A DNA stretch of 64,000 nucleotides from assembly GCA_964348415.1 (NCBI GenBank), contig CAYGCR010000009.1, positions 649 through 64,648 on the forward strand, written 5' to 3'. The notes beneath the pieces are model-generated. The model was not told where the DNA came from. It searched no databases and worked only from the letters and a program-made list of their open reading frames with translations. Shown in pieces: positions 58,834-64,000 of this stretch; the stretch's first letter is position 1, and each line of letters opens with the position of its first letter. This stretch comes from an uncultured Ignavibacteria bacterium (GTDB lineage Bacteria > Zixibacteria > MSB-5A5 > SM1-73). The translations under genes and the position numbers were made by a program.

Positions 58834-60417
58834 TCATGAGTCCAGTATCTTCTCAGCTTCCTCTTTATCGACATCCATCACATACGGTATGCCGCTTATT
58901 TCTGCGGCCTCCCTGGTGATGGCGGCTATGTCATCTCTGGCAATGTATTCTAAAGCGAATTTACGGTTTCCTGTCATTATCTGGCGCAATCCTTGAGAAA
59001 GTCTTGCCACATAGGTATACACGCCCATGGCTCCCGGCGGAATTTTCTCGAAGTCGCTTCCGAACTTGGCCCGCAACTCGGGTGCAGTAACGAATATCTC
59101 CTCCGGGTGAGTCCCGAACCTCTCCACATAGACGGGGATTTGCCCTTCTTGGATGCGCTTTCCAATGGTTTTTCCGACCATAGCTGCAGTCAAGGGAGCC
59201 CTTGCCATGCCTATTAGCTTGAAATACGGTGCCCCCAGGGCAAGACCCTTGAATATCTGATCCTCCAGGGCGAACCCGCCAGCAATGGCGATGTCCGGAA
59301 CGTACATTTCCTTCTTGGCCAGCCTATCCACGTACTGGTACAACAGAGACCACAGTTCCACGCCCGGGACGCCCCACTCGTTCATCATCCTCCAGGGGCT
59401 CATTCCCGTTCCGCCCCCGGCCGCATCTACGGTCAGCAGATCGATCTTGGCCAAAGACGAGTATTTGACCGCTCTTGCCAGATCCTGGGGTCTAAATGCA
59501 CCCGTCTTCAAGAAGACATACTTCGCCCCGGCCTGGCGCAGTTCCTCTGCTCTTTGCACGAAGCTTTCCTCCGAGACCATGCCGATCCTGGAATGCCGCT
59601 CGAACTCCCTAAACGATCCGTGCTCAAAGGCCTTGATAACATCAGGATTGGTGGGGTCGGGAAGAACCACGTAGCCTCTCTGTTTTAAGGTCTGTGCTCT
59701 TTTCAAGTCTTTGATCTTAACCTCTCCGCCGATGTCCTTGGCTCCCTGTCCCCATTTTAGTTCAACCACCTCCACGCCTAACTTCGAGATGACGTACTCT
59801 TGAGTTCCCAACCTGGTGTCTTCCACATTAGCCTGAACCACGATGGCGCCGTACCCGTCCTGTTGCCAGTCTTTGTAAAGTTTCACCCGCGTCTCCATGT
59901 CTTTAGAACAGACTACCCGGTCACCTTTTATTTCGGATTCAGGATCCATTGCACAAACGTTTTCTCCGATGGTAAGGGCTATGCCGGATAGTGCCGCTCC
60001 TATGGCCAGACCCTCCCAGTTGTTCTTGGCAACTGCGGTTGAGCCCAATCCGGGGACAACGATCGGGGCCTTAAGCTTTATTCGCTTGTCATGCCCGATC
60101 GCTCTTTCCAGTTTTGCATTGGGGAAGATAGCTTTATCCGGGTCGGCCTCAATCCCCTGGGCACCTACGCAGGTACCCAAGATGGTGAAATGCGACAGAT
60201 CCACTGGATAGGTTTTTTCAGCCGCCGTAGTCATTATACCGAAGGGCTGCGGATAGATCACCTCCGGCCCCCGGTAGGCGGACTTACCCACCTCGCACAT
60301 CCCTATACATCCATCCACGCAGGTGACACAAAGACCGCTGAGAGAAACGACCGAATCCTCAGTTCGGTTCTTGGTCAGCGTCGCCGCTGACGCGTTTATC
60401 CTTGACAAAGACATCAA
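58834..60417 (-). CDS. glutamate synthase FMN-binding (GltB central TIM-barrel domain) family protein with N-terminal Cys cluster
   Basis: CVTCVDGCIGMCEVG Fe-S motif. FMN barrel motifs GLGSTAVAKNNWEGLAIGA... and IAIAGGFALEDQIFKGLALGA. Confidence 0.8.
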   Translation of the reverse strand: MMSLSRINASAATLTKNRTEDSVVSLSGLCVTCVDGCIGMCEVGKSAYRGPEVIYPQPFGIMTTAAEKTYPVDLSHFTILGTCVGAQGIEADPDKAIFPNAKLERAIGHDKRIKLKAPIVVPGLGSTAVAKNNWEGLAIGAALSGIALTIGENVCAMDPESEIKGDRVVCSKDMETRVKLYKDWQQDGYGAIVVQANVEDTRLGTQEYVISKLGVEVVELKWGQGAKDIGGEVKIKDLKRAQTLKQRGYVVLPDPTNPDVIKAFEHGSFREFERHSRIGMVSEESFVQRAEELRQAGAKYVFLKTGAFRPQDLARAVKYSSLAKIDLLTVDAAGGGTGMSPWRMMNEWGVPGVELWSLLYQYVDRLAKKEMYVPDIAIAGGFALEDQIFKGLALGAPYFKLIGMARAPLTAAMVGKTIGKRIQEGQIPVYVERFGTHPEEIFVTAPELRAKFGSDFEKIPPGAMGVYTYVARLSQGLRQIMTGNRKFALEYIARDDIAAITREAAEISGIPYVMDVDKEEAEKILDS

Positions 60418-60493
60418 TCCTCCCTTGTTAAAAATCCAAACGTAATAGGCTCAAGATCTGAGCCGGCAGATAAAAGAAGAAGTTCCCGTGCGA

Positions 60494-61207
60494 TCATCGG
60501 TTGTCATTCTCCTTCTGTACTCTCTCCGGCTTTTCTTTTACACATGTTCCACAATCGCCTTTCAACCCCATGTAACACTTGTAGTCTTCATAGAAGTCCA
60601 GGCAGGTAGGTTGCACGGCATTATAGCATCTTCCGCATACGACTGACGCAGGCTCCGGGCCCTCGCACCGGAGCTGGCAGGCCGGACAGATGTAGATGCA
60701 GCCCCCACAGGTCCGGCAAACCTCAGAGGTCTTATCGAAGGGGGTGGTGATTTTAAGCTTACCCCCGCGGTCGGCAAAGCCTATTGCCTTTGCCATCATC
60801 TGCTCTTCACAAATCCTAACGCACAGCCCGCAGTACACGCAGTCCTCCCAGTCAGGCTTGAATCTGGTCCTGTCCACGCCAAATTTCGCGGCTAAGTCTT
60901 GTACAGTCTTCGACGTGGGACAACTGGCCAGCAGAAGCTCCAGCAGCACCTTTCTTGCCTGTACGACTCTCTTGCTGGCGGTCCTGACCTTGAGTCCCTC
61001 TTGAACCGGGTAAATGCAGGAGGTGGCCAGCTTTGAGCTTTCCCCCTCGCCTATCTCTACCACGCAGAGTCGGCACCCGCCCCAGGCGCTGAGCCCCTCA
61101 TCATAGCACAGGGTGGGGATCTCTAAGCCCAGGAACCGAGCAACCTCGAGAACTGTCCAGCCCTCTTCCGCTTCAAAATCAATACCATCAATCCTTATGT
61201 TAGGCAT
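60494..61207 (-). CDS. iron-sulfur subunit (N-terminal 2Fe-2S ferredoxin-like plus 4Fe-4S domains, NuoG/HydC-like)
   Basis: [18 protein letters not shown] 2Fe-2S pattern. [12 protein letters not shown] and [14 protein letters not shown] 4Fe-4S motifs. ATG 61207 overlaps the upstream stop (ATGCCTAA), with RBS gaggagg. Confidence 0.75.
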   Translation of the reverse strand: MPNIRIDGIDFEAEEGWTVLEVARFLGLEIPTLCYDEGLSAWGGCRLCVVEIGEGESSKLATSCIYPVQEGLKVRTASKRVVQARKVLLELLLASCPTSKTVQDLAAKFGVDRTRFKPDWEDCVYCGLCVRICEEQMMAKAIGFADRGGKLKITTPFDKTSEVCRTCGGCIYICPACQLRCEGPEPASVVCGRCYNAVQPTCLDFYEDYKCYMGLKGDCGTCVKEKPERVQKENDNR

Positions 61208-64000
61208 CCGGCACCTCCTCGGCAACTGTGGAGTCCTTTTTCAGCTCTTCCAAGAAGATCTTGCCATCCTCAGTCTCCAGATCGCAGCGTAGACAGCGTT
61301 TAGCTTCCGTAACAGCTTGTTCTTCGGTCAGACCCCTTTCCACCTCTTTGAAATTGTGCTTCCTTTCATGAGGTGAGAGCTGACGCATTAAAGGGGGCTC
61401 AGTCTCCGCCAACTCTTCCTCGGAAAGCTCCAGCGGTTCCACGTATCTTGATGGCCTGGTTAGTCGGTACTCCCTCTGTACCGGCTTGCTTGACAAGAAC
61501 TGGTTTATGGACTCCGCTGCGATCTTTCCTGAAGCTACGGCATCCACAACCGTGTTGGGCCCTGTCACCAGATCCCCGCCAGCGAAGACTTCTTTTCGTT
61601 TCGAACCAAGGGTCTCTGAGTCCACTATCAACGTTCCTCTTCGAGAGAACTCGAGGCCCGATACGTTTGAAATGAAAGCTGTGTCTGGCTGCTCGCCGAT
61701 GGCCGCTATCAAGGTGTCCAATTCTACAATGAACTCCGAACCTTCAACAGGCAGGGGTCTTCTCCTGCCCGTTTGATCCACATCACCCATCTTCATCCTT
61801 ATGAATTCGCAACCAAAGAGCCTGCCGTCGTTTGTGACTATCCTTTTGGGCGCGGTTAAATACTCGATATTTACTTCCTCCTCAAGCGCATCATCCATCT
61901 CTTCTTTATAGGCAGGCATTTCGTTGATGGTTCTTCTGTAGAAGATCGTTACACTTTCCGGCATTCCGGTGCGCAAAACCGCTCTGGCGGCATCAACGGC
62001 CGAGTTTCCGCCGCCGATCACCCCCACCCTCTTGCCGATCTCTACCTTTTCTCCAAGGTTTATGGCTGTCAGCACCTTCATGGCAGGTAGGACGCCCTCT
62101 GCGTCCTCACCAGGTAGACCCAGCTTCATTGACTTGTGGGCACCGGTAGCGACAAAAATGGCTTTGTAGCCCTGGGCAAGCAAGTCTTCCAGGGTGAGGT
62201 CCCTGCCGATGGCACAATTTGTTCGAATATCGACGCCTGCGCTTCTGATGTAGTCGATGTCGGCCTGTAATATGTCCCTGGGCAGTCTAAATGCAGGAAC
62301 CCCCACGGCCAACATGCCTCCTGCCACGGGATGCTTTTCAAATGCGGTAACATCATAGCCCTTTTGTGCCAGATAAAAAGCACAGGTAAGGCCTGCCGGT
62401 CCTGAGCCGACCACCGCAACTTTGCCCTTTCCGTTCCTGGGTGTGGCTGCCGCTTTCAACAAAAGACCATTGGCCAATCCGTAGTCGGTCACAAACCTCT
62501 TGAGGTTCCTTATTCTGATAGCCTCTCCGCCTTCGGCTGCGCGACACTTGACTTCGCAAGGATGATGGCATACCCTGGCAAGTACGGACGCAAACGGATT
62601 GTCCTTTTTTATTACCTCCAGAGCTTCTTCATATTCTCCTTGAGCAATCAGGGCAATGTAGACCGCAGCCTCGGTATCTATGGGGCAGGTATGTTGACAG
62701 GGGGAGGATATCAGCTCTTTGCATATAGCCGCCTGACATTTTTTCTTCTTTACGTGATCTTCATATTCGTTTCTGAAGTAACGCAGCGTTGCCAGCACGG
62801 GATTCGGTGCTGTCTGACCCAAACCGCACAATGAGGTATCCCTTACCACCTGGGCCAGTTCCTCCAGAGTGCCCAAGTCTTCTTCCGTCGCTTTGCCTTC
62901 GGTTACGTCCGTAACTATCTCCAGCATCTTTTGGGTACCTTTCCGACAGGGGAGACACTTACCACACGACTCGTCTTGGAGGAAGTTCAAAAAGTACCTG
63001 GCTATATCCACCATGCAGGTGCGCTCATCCATCACTATCATGCCGCCCGAGCCCATTATGGATCCTGCCTGGGTCAGGGAGTCATAGTCGACAGGCAGGC
63101 CCAGAAGCTGGCCGGGGATACAGCCTCCGGAGGGTCCTCCGGTCTGAACGGCTTTGAACTTCCTGTTCCCGGGTACCCCGCCTCCGATATCGTATACAAT
63201 CTCTCGCAGGGTGATTCCCATGGGGACTTCCACCAAGCCTGTGTTTCTGATTTTACCCACCAGCGAGAATATCTTGGTCCCTTTGCTGCCCTCCGTGCCG
63301 ATCTCCGAATACCAATCCGCTCCTTTCTTGATGATCAGAGGAACATTGGCCCACGTCTCCACGTTGTTTATGTTGGTAGGTTTACCCCAGAGACCCTTGC
63401 GCACGGGGAAAGGCGGCCGCTGTCTGGGCATTCCCCTTTTTCCTTCAATGGAAGCGATAAGCGCGGTTTCCTCGCCGCAGACGAAGGCGCCGGCACCGGT
63501 GGCAACTTTTACGTCGAAGCTGAATCCCGAGCCCAGTATGTTCTCCCCCAAAAGCCCATTCTCTCGTGCCTGTCTTAGAGCTGCTTTGATATTCTTAACT
63601 GCCAATGGATACTCGTTTCTCACATATATCCAGCCCTCTGCTGCTCCCCCAGCGTAGGCACCGATTAACATGCCCTCAATAACGGCGTGTGGATTGCCTT
63701 CCAGCAGGCTTCTGTCCATGTAGGCTCCCGGGTCCCCCTCATCCGCGTTGCAAATGAGGTACTTGATGTTCCCCTTGGCCTTCCTACAGAACTCCCATTT
63801 ATACCCCGTGGGAAATCCAGCTCCACCTCTTCCTCTCAGGCCGGACTTCTTGACTCTTTCGACCACCTCCTCGGGAGTCATCTTGCTGACGACTTCAAGA
63901 AAAGCGGTGTAGCCCCCCAGGGCAAAGTAATCGTCAATGGTGGTTGGGTCGATCACTGAATTATTCCCCAAAAGAAGCCGCAGCTGCTTTTTGTAGAAGG
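61200..64000 (-). CDS. NuoF-like (NADH/FMN/4Fe-4S) domain fused to GltD-like NAD(P)H-dependent FAD oxidoreductase. 5' end probably beyond the window.
   Basis: [13 protein letters not shown] NuoF motif, SLBB and 4Fe-4S region. C-terminal GltD/NfnB-like [21 protein letters not shown]. The ORF opens with TTG and stays open upstream to the window edge. Confidence 0.8.
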   Translation of the reverse strand, partial: FYKKQLRLLLGNNSVIDPTTIDDYFALGGYTAFLEVVSKMTPEEVVERVKKSGLRGRGGAGFPTGYKWEFCRKAKGNIKYLICNADEGDPGAYMDRSLLEGNPHAVIEGMLIGAYAGGAAEGWIYVRNEYPLAVKNIKAALRQARENGLLGENILGSGFSFDVKVATGAGAFVCGEETALIASIEGKRGMPRQRPPFPVRKGLWGKPTNINNVETWANVPLIIKKGADWYSEIGTEGSKGTKIFSLVGKIRNTGLVEVPMGITLREIVYDIGGGVPGNRKFKAVQTGGPSGGCIPGQLLGLPVDYDSLTQAGSIMGSGGMIVMDERTCMVDIARYFLNFLQDESCGKCLPCRKGTQKMLEIVTDVTEGKATEEDLGTLEELAQVVRDTSLCGLGQTAPNPVLATLRYFRNEYEDHVKKKKCQAAICKELISSPCQHTCPIDTEAAVYIALIAQGEYEEALEVIKKDNPFASVLARVCHHPCEVKCRAAEGGEAIRIRNLKRFVTDYGLANGLLLKAAATPRNGKGKVAVVGSGPAGLTCAFYLAQKGYDVTAFEKHPVAGGMLAVGVPAFRLPRDILQADIDYIRSAGVDIRTNCAIGRDLTLEDLLAQGYKAIFVATGAHKSMKLGLPGEDAEGVLPAMKVLTAINLGEKVEIGKRVGVIGGGNSAVDAARAVLRTGMPESVTIFYRRTINEMPAYKEEMDDALEEEVNIEYLTAPKRIVTNDGRLFGCEFIRMKMGDVDQTGRRRPLPVEGSEFIVELDTLIAAIGEQPDTAFISNVSGLEFSRRGTLIVDSETLGSKRKEVFAGGDLVTGPNTVVDAVASGKIAAESINQFLSSKPVQREYRLTRPSRYVEPLELSEEELAETEPPLMRQLSPHERKHNFKEVERGLTEEQAVTEAKRCLRCDLETEDGKIFLEELKKDSTVAEEVPDA

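Noticed and set aside
1-64000. CRISPR arrays, rRNA genes, transposases or integrases
   Set aside because: No regularly spaced direct repeats with unique spacers. No rRNA signatures. No DDE, tyrosine or serine recombinase motifs in any frame. The repeat families seen are palindromic hairpins or dispersed elements, not CRISPR.

Overview
A 64 kb bacterial chromosomal segment of about 50% GC with no rRNA and no CRISPR array, probably from an uncultivated lineage. TGA, TAG and TAA all serve as ordinary stop codons.

Main gene content, in order:
- Two tandem glycosyltransferases.
- An EF-G2-type elongation factor paralog with its own sigma70-like promoter, followed by tRNA-Thr and an intrinsic terminator.
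- A complete MSHA-like type IVa pilus locus of about 11 kb. It runs pilins -> PilM/PilN-fusion (MshI-like) -> PilO-like -> PilP-like -> secretin -> ExeA/MshM-like ATPase -> TPR (MshN-like) -> MshE-type ATPase with tandem c-di-GMP-binding N-terminal motifs -> platform protein. An 800-bp ORF-free leader precedes it and carries a perfect sigma54 -24/-12 element. A GAF-containing sigma54 enhancer-binding protein lies just downstream.
- tRNA-Met/Ile2(CAT) and tRNA-Ser(TGA).
- A flavin reductase bracketed by about 105-bp imperfect direct repeats that carry compensatory hairpins.
- A flavodoxin-like protein, a LysR regulator, and a bactofilin-M23 peptidase-ParB-ParA block.
- A 3.3-kb insertion between parA and rsmG-mnmG, which are normally contiguous. 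It holds a 1.2-kb ORF-free stretch, a strong promoter, a staphylococcal-nuclease-fold protein and a PrcB_C secreted protein.
- The same perfect 16-bp palindrome TGTTTCACGTGAAACA directly upstream of both mnmG and rsmG.
- A frameshifted nitroreductase, a signal-peptide M1 aminopeptidase, an orphan H-NOX haem sensor, and mnmE.
- Two tandem secreted beta-propeller (SBBP) / dockerin paralogs. Each is interrupted by an in-frame TGA at the homologous position, giving a U-x-x-C motif followed by a nucleotide-conserved hairpin. These are candidate selenoproteins with a SECIS element.
- 5-formyl-THF cyclo-ligase, gyrA, a bacterial EndoQ-like PHP nuclease and folC.
- Two tandem dockerin-bearing M1 metallopeptidases, and a cyclophilin.
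- A gdhA-plus-multisubunit glutamate synthase cluster: a GltB FMN-barrel protein, an Fe-S subunit and a NuoF-GltD fusion.

A GGGGCGGG-ATGAATTC-CCGCCCC hairpin repeat recurs four times. Other palindromic repeat families occur around gyrA.
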